The notes: generated by a model not told the origin, from the sequence alone. Shown: positions 34,946-44,069, counted from the stretch's first letter. The stretch: DNA of 64,000 nucleotides from Candidatus Nanosyncoccaceae bacterium (GCA_045603785.1 JAZUMV010000001.1:9343-73342); one strand, 5' to 3'. Numbers and translations: made by a program.

Positions 34946-35018
34946 TCCTGTTTAAATTGAATTTTTGTGCTCGTGTAGAGCAAGAAAAACAGCCCCTTTG
35001 AGAGAGGGCTGTTTTTGT
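34946..35018 (+). ncRNA. Candidate ~73-nt sRNA
   Basis: It runs from the predicted TSS (~7 nt past the -10) through hairpin tgctc-gtgta-gagca to terminator cagccc...gggctg plus ttttt (34991-35017). No ORF. Confidence 0.45.
34991..35017. terminator. Bidirectional intrinsic terminator (pilin operon on minus, sRNA candidate on plus)
   Basis: The cagccc/gggctg stem is flanked by an A-run and a T-run. Confidence 0.75.
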
Positions 35019-35028
35019 TAGTTATAGG

Positions 35029-35634
35029 CTATTGGTTGTCGCCACAGTAGACGGCGCCACCTTCGAGTTGGTACTCTAGCGAGATATTTGCTTCGCCATC
35101 TAAGTAATCCGTAGTGCCTTCATTTCCACTACATTTTGAATGAATGCGATAAAGGATGCTGTGAGCTTTTTCGGTTAATATTAAAACCTCATATGTACGA
35201 GTTCGATATTCATACAAATAACCGTTTGTCGGGGCATTGTTTGATCCTACGAAAGGCATTGTAGAGTAATACATTGGAATCTTATATGGCGTTCCGTCAG
35301 GGTCGCAGAATTGGTCGCTATAACACTTCGTCTGCGCAATATGCCAAGCATCACTGGCGGGATTTGGGTCACCGTCAGACTCACTTGTGCCCATTACGTA
35401 TTTTTTAACAAAGTTGCTCACTTCTTGTGCGGTACTAGGCATTGCCCCGTTGTTGTTGCTTTGGTACTCGGTGAAAGCGCTGAGAATGCGTGCCATATCT
35501 GAACGTCTACGCGTATTGCGCTGACTCCTTTGTAACGCTGGCAATGCGATGAATACCATCAGGAAGATGAGGCCTGCAATTGCGAGGACGAGGACAACCT
35601 CAATAATTGTGAAACCTTTTTTAGATTTAGTCAT
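35029..35634 (-). CDS. Type IV pilin-like protein (paralog 1)
   Basis: Prepilin motif KKG/FTIIEV followed by the hydrophobic helix VLVLAIAGLIFLMVFIALPAL. Shared blocks QRSQRNTRRR.DMARI, DQFCDPDGTPY, and C-terminal LEGGAVYCGDNQ. Start at MTKSKKGF. Confidence 0.85.
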   Translation of the reverse strand: MTKSKKGFTIIEVVLVLAIAGLIFLMVFIALPALQRSQRNTRRRSDMARILSAFTEYQSNNNGAMPSTAQEVSNFVKKYVMGTSESDGDPNPASDAWHIAQTKCYSDQFCDPDGTPYKIPMYYSTMPFVGSNNAPTNGYLYEYRTRTYEVLILTEKAHSILYRIHSKCSGNEGTTDYLDGEANISLEYQLEGGAVYCGDNQ

Positions 35635-35647
35635 TTTTTCTCCCGTA

Positions 35648-36193
35648 TTATTGGTTGTCGCCACAGTAGATTGCTCCGCCCTCAAGAGCGTAGATTAATG
35701 TGATTTGGTTTTGCCCGGCTCCTACGAGAATATCGCCCTCTTCGTTGCCGCATTTTGCGCCACGGTTGTAATAAATCTGATGGTCAAATGTAATGTTTGC
35801 GTATTCGACGTCGTTATCGAGAGGAAATCTTGCGCTCGTGGTACCATCGTCGCCGGCGCTAGTAGGGGAGCTTCTGTAGCTAGCTGTAATGAATGAATAT
35901 GGAGTCCCGTCTGGATCAGTGAAGGCGTCGTCGTTTCCTGCCTTGATATATTTATCCACGAATCCGCCTGCCTCTTCGACTTTGGCTTTGTTTGGCATCA
36001 CGCCGTTTGCTGCCTGATAGTCATTGAACGCGCTTAGGATGCGCGCCATATCTGCGCGTCTGCGGGTGTTTCTTTGACTTCTCTGCAATGCCGGCAATGC
36101 GATGAATACCATCAAGAAGATAAGACCTGCGATTGCTAGTACGAGGACGACCTCGATGATCGTGAAGCCTTTTTTATTATTTGCTTTTGTCAT
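35648..36193 (-). CDS. Type IV pilin-like protein (paralog 2)
   Basis: MTKANNKKGFTIIEV..., FTDPDGTPY, C-terminal ALEGGAIYCGDNQ. Confidence 0.85.
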   Translation of the reverse strand: MTKANNKKGFTIIEVVLVLAIAGLIFLMVFIALPALQRSQRNTRRRADMARILSAFNDYQAANGVMPNKAKVEEAGGFVDKYIKAGNDDAFTDPDGTPYSFITASYRSSPTSAGDDGTTSARFPLDNDVEYANITFDHQIYYNRGAKCGNEEGDILVGAGQNQITLIYALEGGAIYCGDNQ

Positions 36194-36231
36194 AGCTTTT
36201 ATATAACTCCATTAAGCTTATGTTTAAGGAT

Positions 36232-36260
36232 ACTATATCATAGGATTTTCATGAGGTCAA
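36232..36260 (-). promoter_or_regulatory. Promoter TTGACC-17-TATAGT for pilin paralog 2
   Basis: On the minus strand: TTGACC (36260-36255) and TATAGT (36237-36232). The leader ...TAATGGAGTTATATAAAAGCTATG is shared with paralog 3. Confidence 0.6.
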
Positions 36261-36289
36261 AAAAGGAGCCTTTTGAGCCCCTTTGTTTT

Positions 36290-36862
36290 TTATTGATTAT
36301 CTCCGCAGTAGACAGCACCGCCTTCAAGGGCATATAGAATTGAAAAATTATTAATTCCTGCCGTTTCTTTGACGGGATTATTCTCGTTGCTGCTGCATGA
36401 ACTATTTTCGACAGCCATAATAGCGTGTTCTTTGCCAGTATCAGTGGGCAGTCCACCGCCCAAATATGACTTGCTATGATAGTATAAGAATCTATAGCTT
36501 GTTCCGTCGGGATCACAGAATTGGTCAGAGCAATTTCCATCCTTATAATAGCCATTTCTAGAACTGTCGAAAGTGTAGCTATTGTCTCCGATGATGTATC
36601 TTTGGACTAGATCGTCAGTATTAATCGTTGCCCATGAATCACTGCTAGCCTCTTTAATCCATGGCATTTTGCCGGTGTTCGATTGATAATCGGTAATTGC
36701 TGTAATGATTCTCGCCATATCCTGCCTGCGACGAGTATTGCGCTGAGAGCGTTGCAATGCTGGCAATGCGATGAATACCATCAAGAAGATAAGACCTGCG
36801 ATTGCGAGTACTAAGACAACTTCAATAATCGTGAAGCCTTTTTTATTATTTGTTTTTGTCAT
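36290..36862 (-). CDS. Type IV pilin-like protein (paralog 3)
   Basis: MTKTNNKKGFTIIEV..., DQFCDPDGTSY, C-terminal ALEGGAVYCGDNQ. Confidence 0.85.
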   Translation of the reverse strand: MTKTNNKKGFTIIEVVLVLAIAGLIFLMVFIALPALQRSQRNTRRRQDMARIITAITDYQSNTGKMPWIKEASSDSWATINTDDLVQRYIIGDNSYTFDSSRNGYYKDGNCSDQFCDPDGTSYRFLYYHSKSYLGGGLPTDTGKEHAIMAVENSSCSSNENNPVKETAGINNFSILYALEGGAVYCGDNQ

Positions 36863-36904
36863 AGCTTTTATATAACTCCATTATTTAAGCTTATGCTTAA
36901 TGGC

Positions 36905-36933
36905 ATTATATAATGTTTATGATTTTATGGCAA
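36905..36933 (-). promoter_or_regulatory. Promoter TTGCCA-17-TATAAT for pilin paralog 3
   Basis: On the minus strand: TTGCCA (36933-36928) and TATAAT (36910-36905). Confidence 0.65.
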
Positions 36934-36934
36934 A

Positions 36935-37366
36935 TTAGTGTTTCTTTATGATTTTTCTACGTTTAATAAAGCAGAAGATAGTAATAAAAATGCAGATACC
37001 TGTAATTGCGCCAAGACTATCTATGACAACATCAGTAAAGTTGCCATCTCGGCCAAAAATGAAGTTCTGGTGATATTCGTCTATGAGTGCATAAACGACA
37101 GCAGGCAGTAGTGACAGTGCTGCTGTTACGATAGTTGGAAACTTCTTATTGATGCTTCTGAAGAAGTTTGCCCAAGAAAGACCTAACAAGGCATAGATAG
37201 TAAAGTGAGCAAGCTTGCGTACGACATGATTTGTGAGGCCGAGTTTTTCTGCTAGAGGGATTGATATGCCATCCGATTCAAAGCTGTTTTGCGCGGAAAA
37301 ATTCCAGATGATAATCATGATAATTATTGGGAAAATGATCTGCCAGTAGCGTTTTATGTATTTCAT
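36935..37366 (-). CDS. VanZ-like membrane protein
   Basis: Start at MKYIKRYW; the longer track ORF runs through the tRNA gene. VRKLAHFTIYALLG and IDEYHQNFIFGR are VanZ-like blocks. Four TM segments. Confidence 0.65.
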   Translation of the reverse strand: MKYIKRYWQIIFPIIIMIIIWNFSAQNSFESDGISIPLAEKLGLTNHVVRKLAHFTIYALLGLSWANFFRSINKKFPTIVTAALSLLPAVVYALIDEYHQNFIFGRDGNFTDVVIDSLGAITGICIFITIFCFIKRRKIIKKH

Positions 37367-37453
37367 CTCTACTATTCTAGACCATTGTTTGAGTAGAGGC
37401 AAAGCCCATGCTTTACAGATAATCTGTTTTCTGTTAAACTTAAGGACATAAGT

Positions 37454-37530
37454 GGTCCCGTCGTCTAGTGGTCCAGGACGTCTGGTTCTCATCCAGAAAA
37501 TCAAGGGTTCGACTCCCTTCGGGATCACCA
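37454..37530 (+). tRNA. tRNA-Glu (anticodon CUC), CCA encoded
   Basis: Hand-folded cloverleaf: acceptor ggtcccg/cgggatc, D arm gtc-tagtggtccag-gac, anticodon arm tctgg-ttCTCat-ccaga, T arm aaggg-ttcgact-ccctt, discriminator A, then cca. Confidence 0.9.
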
Positions 37531-37593
37531 TTTTGAAGTTAAAATAGCCCGGTTGGGCATTTTTCTTGCTTGCTCATTGTTTATCTCCCTTCT

Positions 37594-37602
37594 TGATATA
37601 AT
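37594..37602 (+). promoter_or_regulatory. Extended -10 element TGATATAAT placed 6 nt before ATG 37609 (leaderless mRNA predicted)
   Basis: TATAAT is at 37597-37602 and the A of ATG is 7 nt downstream. There is no room for an SD. Confidence 0.55.
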
Positions 37603-37608
37603 AAGCTT

Positions 37609-38772
37609 ATGAATAATCCAGAAACCTTATCTTCTGCCGAGGCTATAGATTTGCCCGAAGGGTTGGCTCCGATTCGAGCCTTTACGCTCGAGGAAGATGA
37701 GTATTACGGAGATTATCCTGAGCAGCGCGAGAGCGAGGCTTCGATTTTGGCTTTTGAACTACCTAAAGAATTTCAAAGCAAATATGCTGAGCTTTTGCGA
37801 GATTTGCCGGAAGGTGCCGCGATTATTGGAGGTGCCGCAAGGAGTGCTGCGCGCAAGCTTATAACCGGAGACGATGAGCCGGTGCGCGATATTGATTTGG
37901 TTTCTCTGACTGACGAGGATGGTGATCCTTTAGTCGATGACGATACATGTTGGGATCTGTCTCGCAAATATATGCCTGATGATACTGAGAATGGTCACTC
38001 AATGTCTTGTCGTTCGATTGAATCATGCTTTTTGGGCTGTGATGTAACTGTAAATCAGTGTGCAATTATTGATGGTCAGCTACTAATCAGCGAAGCGGCG
38101 GTGCGAGATTTTCAGAACGATACGATTCGTCCTAGTACGATGGAACTAGATTGGAGTTATGATGGCGATGGCGCAATCAAGAGTCGATTGGCTATGCGTA
38201 TGCTTACAATGAAAGCTTCGATGGAGGTAAGGACTGGCAGAACTTTTAAGCTTGAGGGTTATAATCCGCGTAGCATTTTTAATTTCGATGTTGCGATTGC
38301 ACTCAATAAAGCTATGAGCCGTGGTCGTAGTGAAGCTGAGAGCCTTTGTCTGATTATGGAGCAGTATGATGTAATCCCGACTGGTTTTAACGGTGATGCG
38401 ATTGAGCTTGCTTCGTTTTTGTTAAGAACGGGCGCGGTGACGGATTTTGAATTCCGTCAAAATACCGCTGAAGCTTTCATGAAGGAAGATGAGCCGTATA
38501 CTATTGCGATTAGAGCTTTGTCGAGATATGGGCATGGTTCGCCGGAAGTACGTGATGCAATTTCTGAATACGATGACTTCCCTACTTCTAAGTATTTTAG
38601 TCCGGCGGAATATGCAAAGATTAACGCAAATTGTCGTTTCTCTTGCTTTGATGAGGAGGAGTATGAATATGAAGAAGATGACGATTCGGGCTGGGACGAT
38701 GACTATGATGAGCCTGACGATGAATATGGCGAGCCAGATGATGAATATGATGAGGGCGATGAAACAGAATAA
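37609..38772 (+). CDS. Hypothetical protein with a Pol-beta-type nucleotidyltransferase head motif and a poly-acidic tail
   Basis: IIGGAARSAARKLITGDDEPVRDIDLVSLT resembles the GGxVRD...DxD head of CCA/poly(A) polymerases (from memory). The C-terminus is EEEYEYEEDDDSGWDDDYDEPDDEYGEPDDEYDEGDETE. Confidence 0.5.
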   Translation: MNNPETLSSAEAIDLPEGLAPIRAFTLEEDEYYGDYPEQRESEASILAFELPKEFQSKYAELLRDLPEGAAIIGGAARSAARKLITGDDEPVRDIDLVSLTDEDGDPLVDDDTCWDLSRKYMPDDTENGHSMSCRSIESCFLGCDVTVNQCAIIDGQLLISEAAVRDFQNDTIRPSTMELDWSYDGDGAIKSRLAMRMLTMKASMEVRTGRTFKLEGYNPRSIFNFDVAIALNKAMSRGRSEAESLCLIMEQYDVIPTGFNGDAIELASFLLRTGAVTDFEFRQNTAEAFMKEDEPYTIAIRALSRYGHGSPEVRDAISEYDDFPTSKYFSPAEYAKINANCRFSCFDEEEYEYEEDDDSGWDDDYDEPDDEYGEPDDEYDEGDETE

Positions 38773-38809
38773 AAAAGACTAGGTCTAAAGCCTAGTCTTT
38801 TTTGATGCT

Positions 38810-39820
38810 TTATCCAAAGATACTAATTAATGGGCCTTCCCTGTCGTCTTCGACTGGCTGAGTGAGCTCTGGATTGAGCTGCTGATTTTCGCCAGGAAGC
38901 GTGTCGCCTTGAGTCGCGGCGTCTCCGCCTTCTGTTGGTGTGCCTTCTCCGCCTTCGGCTGGAGCGCCTAGGAATTCTGCGGTTGGCTGAATATTCGGTG
39001 AGCCTTCGATTTGGATTTCGTCCTTTGTCTTCATCTCTTCTGCTTGCTGCTCAGCTTCGCTTGCGGCTTGCTGTAGGTCGGCTTTTGCGTCTGCGACCAT
39101 GTCCTGAGCCTGATGAGCCATATCCTTTGCGGTTGCGGCTAGCTTTGAATCGTTCTCGACGGCGCGAGCAGCGTCTTCGGTTTCTTGGGTTAGGGTCTCA
39201 ATTTGCTGTTGAGCTTTCATGAGCTCTTGTTCGGCAGCTGCGAGGCCGCTCGTATCACCAGTGTTCTCGATCTTTTGCTGTGCTTGCTCTGCGTTAGCCT
39301 TAGCATCGAATGCGACCGTGGCTGCGCTTGCGGCTAAATCGTGAAGATCGCTTTCGATTTGGTCCTTTGCGATTGGGGAGTTGTCTCCGAAGTTTTCTTC
39401 GAGTCCTTGATTTTCGTTAACTACCGCGCCGACGGTATTTGTCCTTTGAATATCTGCAATGGCTGGCTCGGCCTTGTCTGCTAGCTGTTGAACTTGTGTG
39501 CTGGTGATATCTCCACGAGCATCGGCATAGGCGGATTCTAGATTCGTACCGCCGTTGCCAGTATTCCAGCTACCTTCGATTGCGTTTGTGACTTGGTTGC
39601 TGGTATTGCGTAGCTGATTTGGGTTATTTGCGCTCATGTCTACTGGGTTATCTTCTGGTGTACTAGCTGATGCATTCTCAGAGCCTTCGGCCGACCATGG
39701 GTTTGGCTCGTTTGGGAAACTCTCTGCCCACTTTGCTGCGCGATCGGCCTGAACTTCGTCTAGTTCTTTTTTGGCTGCGCCTGGCATTTGCTCAAAACCT
39801 GTATTTCCGTCGTTAAACAT
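38810..39820 (-). CDS. Acidic, Ala/Gln/Glu-rich low-complexity protein (336 aa)
   Basis: AAGGAGG SD. The central region is coiled-coil-like (AQQKIENTGDTSGLAAAEQELMKAQQQIETLTQETEDAARA). No TM segment or signal peptide is evident. Confidence 0.55.
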   Translation of the reverse strand: MFNDGNTGFEQMPGAAKKELDEVQADRAAKWAESFPNEPNPWSAEGSENASASTPEDNPVDMSANNPNQLRNTSNQVTNAIEGSWNTGNGGTNLESAYADARGDITSTQVQQLADKAEPAIADIQRTNTVGAVVNENQGLEENFGDNSPIAKDQIESDLHDLAASAATVAFDAKANAEQAQQKIENTGDTSGLAAAEQELMKAQQQIETLTQETEDAARAVENDSKLAATAKDMAHQAQDMVADAKADLQQAASEAEQQAEEMKTKDEIQIEGSPNIQPTAEFLGAPAEGGEGTPTEGGDAATQGDTLPGENQQLNPELTQPVEDDREGPLISIFG

Positions 39821-39831
39821 TTTCCTCCTTA

Positions 39832-41175
39832 TTACTCCCAGTTTACAACATTGCCGCTTGGGTAGATACTAATCCAGACTTGGCCGCGGTTTAAGGCTAT
39901 TTCTTCGTCTGAACTATCGTAAAATTTGAGCTCGCTGTCTTCGTCGGCTCGTTTCCAGGTAGCGGTGATGACGGTACCGTTTTGGAAAATCACGGCGTCA
40001 CCTTCGCCAGTCGTGCGGTAATCTGCGTAGCCTTCGGCGGAGCCGCTGCGCGCAACTGCGTCGGTTTCGAGCGCGATAACGACGTCTGGCGCGAGCTGGG
40101 TGGTAGTGCCGCCCTCGCTGATAACTTCGTGTGGGCCGCCCCATTCGAAGCTGCGCTTGTAGTTGTTCTCGTCTTCATCGTATTCGTACATTACATTGTA
40201 TGTACCGGTCGACATCTGAATATAGATATTGGTAACTGGGTTGGATTTTGTTTCGATATCAGAATCTGGACGGACACGCTTGAAACCTTCGAATTCGGAG
40301 GTTGTATAACCCTTACCCTGATTGAGAGAGTCTAGTGAATTAAAGCTCGTGTAGACATTATGCGGTGCCCAGCGCGAAGAAATGCGCCAGTAGCTTTCAT
40401 CGTTGAAGAATTGATCGATGTCTCGGAACTCGTTGTTATCACGGACGAGATTAAGAGCGTTGTCTGAACCGCCAACATGGGCGATACTACACTGGTATGG
40501 TTTGGCAAATTCGGCATAGGTCATGCGAAGGCTGCGGACTGGGCCAATATATTGTGGCTTAGCTTCCTGAAAGACTGCCATGAAGCGCGTAATGCCACCT
40601 TCGGCGATAGCTTCATATACAATACCAGCTTCGTCGAGACCAGATTGTGGACGGGCATCTGGGCTATTCTCGATCATAATACAGGTTGCGGCGGCATTGA
40701 CCTTATCTTTGCTGACTTCTCTACCAGTAAGGTGGGAGTAATAGATTTCGTCTGGTTTGGTGCCGGCAATATCTGTTTCGGTGGTGTTTTCGTTCAAGAT
40801 TGGACGGAATAGCAAAAAGCCAAGCACGCCAAAGACGCCGAGAATAACAACTGTGACGGTTAGGCGCTTAATAATACGGCTGGCCTTGCCGGTCTTTTCG
40901 CGCTTCTCTTTTTTAGGCTTTTCTTTCTTTTGCTTCTTTTCTTTTGGCTTTTTCTCTTTTTTGGCCTTCTTTGGCTTTACTTCTTCTTCGTCATCAACAA
41001 GGCTGGCGACAGATTTGGCTTGATTCTCGACCTTGTCGTCTTTTGGTTTTTCTGCCTTGTTTGAGAGTTCGCTCTGTTCATAGAGCTTAATAAGAGTATC
41101 GTCCTGCTCAACTTTGGCTGGTTTCTTTTTGAGCTGAAAACCGGCCTTTGGGAGCTTATGCTTCTTATTATCCAT
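39832..41175 (-). CDS. DUF3048 (YerB-like) membrane-anchored protein with a Lys-rich N-terminal region
   Basis: Start at MDNKKHKL avoids overlap with gltX. TM is VTVVILGVFGVLGFLLF. IENSPDARPQSGLDEAGIVYEAIAEGGITRFMAVF is the DUF3048 core (from memory). Confidence 0.65.
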   Translation of the reverse strand: MDNKKHKLPKAGFQLKKKPAKVEQDDTLIKLYEQSELSNKAEKPKDDKVENQAKSVASLVDDEEEVKPKKAKKEKKPKEKKQKKEKPKKEKREKTGKASRIIKRLTVTVVILGVFGVLGFLLFRPILNENTTETDIAGTKPDEIYYSHLTGREVSKDKVNAAATCIMIENSPDARPQSGLDEAGIVYEAIAEGGITRFMAVFQEAKPQYIGPVRSLRMTYAEFAKPYQCSIAHVGGSDNALNLVRDNNEFRDIDQFFNDESYWRISSRWAPHNVYTSFNSLDSLNQGKGYTTSEFEGFKRVRPDSDIETKSNPVTNIYIQMSTGTYNVMYEYDEDENNYKRSFEWGGPHEVISEGGTTTQLAPDVVIALETDAVARSGSAEGYADYRTTGEGDAVIFQNGTVITATWKRADEDSELKFYDSSDEEIALNRGQVWISIYPSGNVVNWE

Positions 41176-41215
41176 ATTATTAGTGTAACACGATAATAAT
41201 GGATTATGGTAAAGC

Positions 41216-42664
41216 TTAGTCGCGACCGTAAGCGGCAATGACGGCGCGGATGCGCGCGAGGGTCTTTTCGCGACCAAGAACACTCAAAGTGTCATGAAGG
41301 GCTGGGCTAAATGGCGCAAAGCTGACGCTTAGACGGATGAGGCCGAAGAATACGGCTGGCTTTTGGCCGGATTTTTCGAGGAGCTCGTTGAGCTTGGCTT
41401 GGAGCATTTCGGCGGTCCATTCTTTTTGCTCGGCGAGTTCGGTGGCGGCGAGATGCAGAATGTCGCAGATTTCTTTTTCGCTGAGTTTCTTGAGGGCTTT
41501 ATTAGATTCGATCATGCTCATATCTACGGTTGGGTCTTCGAAGAAGTAGCTGGTCATAGTTTTGAGGTCGCCAAGAGTTTTGAGGCGGTCGTAAATGATA
41601 CGGAAGACCTTATATTTCTCATCGTCGGAAACATTCTGGGCAATTTCTGGCCAGAAATCTTTGGTGCGTGCGAATAGTGCCTTGGAATCTTCGGCGAAGA
41701 GGCGGCGAATCCATTGACCGTTGAGCCAGATGAGCTTTTGTTCGTCGTAACGAGCGCCGGCACGCTGGACGCGATCGAGGCTGAACTTTTCGATGAGGTC
41801 TTGCTTGCTATAGATTTCGTCTTCGGTACCGTCGTTCCAGCCGAGGCAAGCAAGGAAGTTAAGCATGGCTTCTGGTAAGATACCGTCAGTGCGGTAATCT
41901 ACGGCAGATTTAGCACCGTCGCGCTTACCGAGTTTCTTGTTGCCGGTCGGGGCAAGAATGTGCGGCAAATGAACAAACTTTGGCGTCTCGACTTCGAGAG
42001 CTTCATAAAGGGCGAGATAGTTACCCATGCTAGGCAGGTATTCCTGGCCGCGGAAAATATGAGTAATGCCCATAGTAGCGTCGTCGACAATATGCGCGAA
42101 ATTATAGGTCGGTAAACCGTCAGCCTTGATAAGGATGATGTCGTCCTGAGTTTCTGGGCCCATGTGAAGGTCGCCAAATACTTCGTCGTGATAGTCTCGA
42201 TCTTTTGGATCGGCTTTGAAACGGAGCGGCATGCCTGGTTCCCATTCTGGGGTATTTTCTGGGCGGTAGTTACGATACAAGAAAGCTTTCTTTTCTTTGC
42301 TGGCTTCTTCGCGGTATTTTGCGACCTGCTCGCTTGGAGTTGGGTCTGCATAAGCGCGACCTTTAGCGATGAGCTTCTTGGCCCATTCGATATAGATTTC
42401 TTTGCGCTGAGTCTGGAAGTATGGGCCATGTTCGCCACCCTTCTCTGGGCCTTCGTCCCAATCGAGGCCAATCCATTTCATGGTATCCATGATAAGTTCG
42501 GTTGCGCCTTCGACATAACGAGCCTGGTCGGTATCCTCAATGCGTAAAATGTAGCTACCTTCATCGTTCTGCTTTGCAAGAAGATATGGATAAATTGCCG
42601 AGCGAAGATTACCAATGTGAATATAGCCGGTCGGCGACGGCGCAAAACGTGTAACTACTTTCAT
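41216..42664 (-). CDS. gltX: Glutamyl-tRNA synthetase
   Basis: Start at MKVVTRFAPSPTGYIHIGNLRSA (HIGH motif). KMSKS-like KLGKRDG. TATAAT lies 7 nt upstream of the ATG (leaderless-like). Confidence 0.92.
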   Translation of the reverse strand: MKVVTRFAPSPTGYIHIGNLRSAIYPYLLAKQNDEGSYILRIEDTDQARYVEGATELIMDTMKWIGLDWDEGPEKGGEHGPYFQTQRKEIYIEWAKKLIAKGRAYADPTPSEQVAKYREEASKEKKAFLYRNYRPENTPEWEPGMPLRFKADPKDRDYHDEVFGDLHMGPETQDDIILIKADGLPTYNFAHIVDDATMGITHIFRGQEYLPSMGNYLALYEALEVETPKFVHLPHILAPTGNKKLGKRDGAKSAVDYRTDGILPEAMLNFLACLGWNDGTEDEIYSKQDLIEKFSLDRVQRAGARYDEQKLIWLNGQWIRRLFAEDSKALFARTKDFWPEIAQNVSDDEKYKVFRIIYDRLKTLGDLKTMTSYFFEDPTVDMSMIESNKALKKLSEKEICDILHLAATELAEQKEWTAEMLQAKLNELLEKSGQKPAVFFGLIRLSVSFAPFSPALHDTLSVLGREKTLARIRAVIAAYGRD

Positions 42665-42697
42665 AGGTGTTATTATATAACATTTTGACTGTTTCGC

Positions 42698-42726
42698 AAA
42701 AAGGAAAGCCCCGCGGTGCGCGGGGC
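42698..42726 (-). terminator. Intrinsic terminator after the 42733 gene
   Basis: gccccgcg-gtg-cgcggggc; on the minus strand it is followed by tttccttttt. Confidence 0.7.
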
Positions 42727-42732
42727 TTCTTG

Positions 42733-43050
42733 TTACTCGAAGTATTTGCTGAGCTCGTACGCCCACTGTCCGCGAACGGACTCCACTTCTGCGGCGGTCG
42801 TACCGTAGATGAGGGCGATTTCTTCGGGCTTTTTGCTGCTGTCGAGATAGTCTACGCAGAACTTGATGACTGCTTCTTCGATGTCCATCTCTGCGAAATG
42901 GCTATCAGCTTCCAGACTGTGAGGTGCGAGGATGGGCAGTGATCTAACATAATGCTCGGGGAATTTTGCCCCGAAGGTTTTGTCAAAACATGCCCTGATA
43001 ACTTTCTTCATATTCAGCTTGCGCTGATATGTCTTGCTCTTGTCTCTCAT
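42733..43050 (-). CDS. Hypothetical protein (105 aa)
   Basis: The ORF has an AGGAAG SD-like element and its own terminator. No recognisable domain. Confidence 0.45.
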   Translation of the reverse strand: MRDKSKTYQRKLNMKKVIRACFDKTFGAKFPEHYVRSLPILAPHSLEADSHFAEMDIEEAVIKFCVDYLDSSKKPEEIALIYGTTAAEVESVRGQWAYELSKYFE

Positions 43051-43135
43051 GAGACCACTTCCTTTCTGAGCAATATGGTGAGTATATTATATCATAAAAT
43101 GCCTATGCTTGTCAAGGTGGTGATAGAATGAAGGT

Positions 43136-43978
43136 ATGATTGAATCTATTCAGAATTGGTTAAATATTGAGCAAATTGATTGGTGGAAGGTCGTCATGCC
43201 TTTTATTGTCATTTTGGCTGCGATTATTATATATACAATTGCTAAGAGTATTACTAAGGGGATTTTTGAGCGTTCGAGTAAGCATCTGGGCGTGCAGCGT
43301 CGTCAGCGCGTCGATACGGTTCGAACTCTGGTTGTAAATATTGAGAAATACCTTGTAATTATTGTTGCTTTGATTATTATTCTTTCAATCTTTGGTGTAA
43401 ATGTAACATCGATGGTAGCTGGGCTTGGCATCATGACTGCGATTATTGGTCTTGCTTTTCAGGATCTTGCCAAGGATATAATTGCGGGGATTTCGCTTGT
43501 GACTGAGAATCAGTTTGATGTTGGGGATAATGTTGAGATTAATGGCTTCCGCGGTAATGTGATTGAGCTTGGTCTTAAGACGACGAAGCTGAAGAATTAT
43601 AAGGGTCATATTAAGTGCATTGCCAACCATGCAATCACTGAGGTAACGAATTACACGGACAACAAAGACGCTTTGGCGGAAGTGAATGTTGGCGTGTCGT
43701 ATAAGCATAAATCCGAAGAAGTCGAGAAGGCTCTGGATCAGGTACGCTTGAATTTGCGCTTGTCTGACAAAATGGATGATTCGCTCGGCGATTTGATCGT
43801 GAATGGCATTACGGACTTTGCTGATTCGGCAGTCGTGTGGCGCGTTTCGATGCCCTGCAAACCAAATACTGCAGTTGGCGTTGAACGCGCGATTAGACGC
43901 GAAGTAAAGGCCGTCTTCGATAAAGAAGGCATTGAGATTCCATTCCCTCAGGTTGTAGTTTCGAACGCGAAGAAATAG
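43136..43978 (+). CDS. Small-conductance mechanosensitive channel (MscS family)
   Basis: Three TM segments, then GLGIMTAIIGLAFQDLAKDIIAGISLV and the beta-domain FDVGDNVEINGFRGNVIELGLKTTKL. Confidence 0.85.
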   Translation: MIESIQNWLNIEQIDWWKVVMPFIVILAAIIIYTIAKSITKGIFERSSKHLGVQRRQRVDTVRTLVVNIEKYLVIIVALIIILSIFGVNVTSMVAGLGIMTAIIGLAFQDLAKDIIAGISLVTENQFDVGDNVEINGFRGNVIELGLKTTKLKNYKGHIKCIANHAITEVTNYTDNKDALAEVNVGVSYKHKSEEVEKALDQVRLNLRLSDKMDDSLGDLIVNGITDFADSAVVWRVSMPCKPNTAVGVERAIRREVKAVFDKEGIEIPFPQVVVSNAKK

Positions 43979-44069
43979 TTTTTCTCTGTTGCTCCCCTGT
44001 TCCGAATGATATAATGGCTTTAGGTTTTTGTTCCTTAAAACCATACATTTTAAGAGAGGGGGCGTTCGT

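Noticed and set aside
36935-37531. Long form of the VanZ-like ORF, and the ORF at 10548..10733
   Set aside because: The N-terminal extension, and the 61-aa ORF at 10548, are simply the reverse translation of the tRNA-Glu genes.
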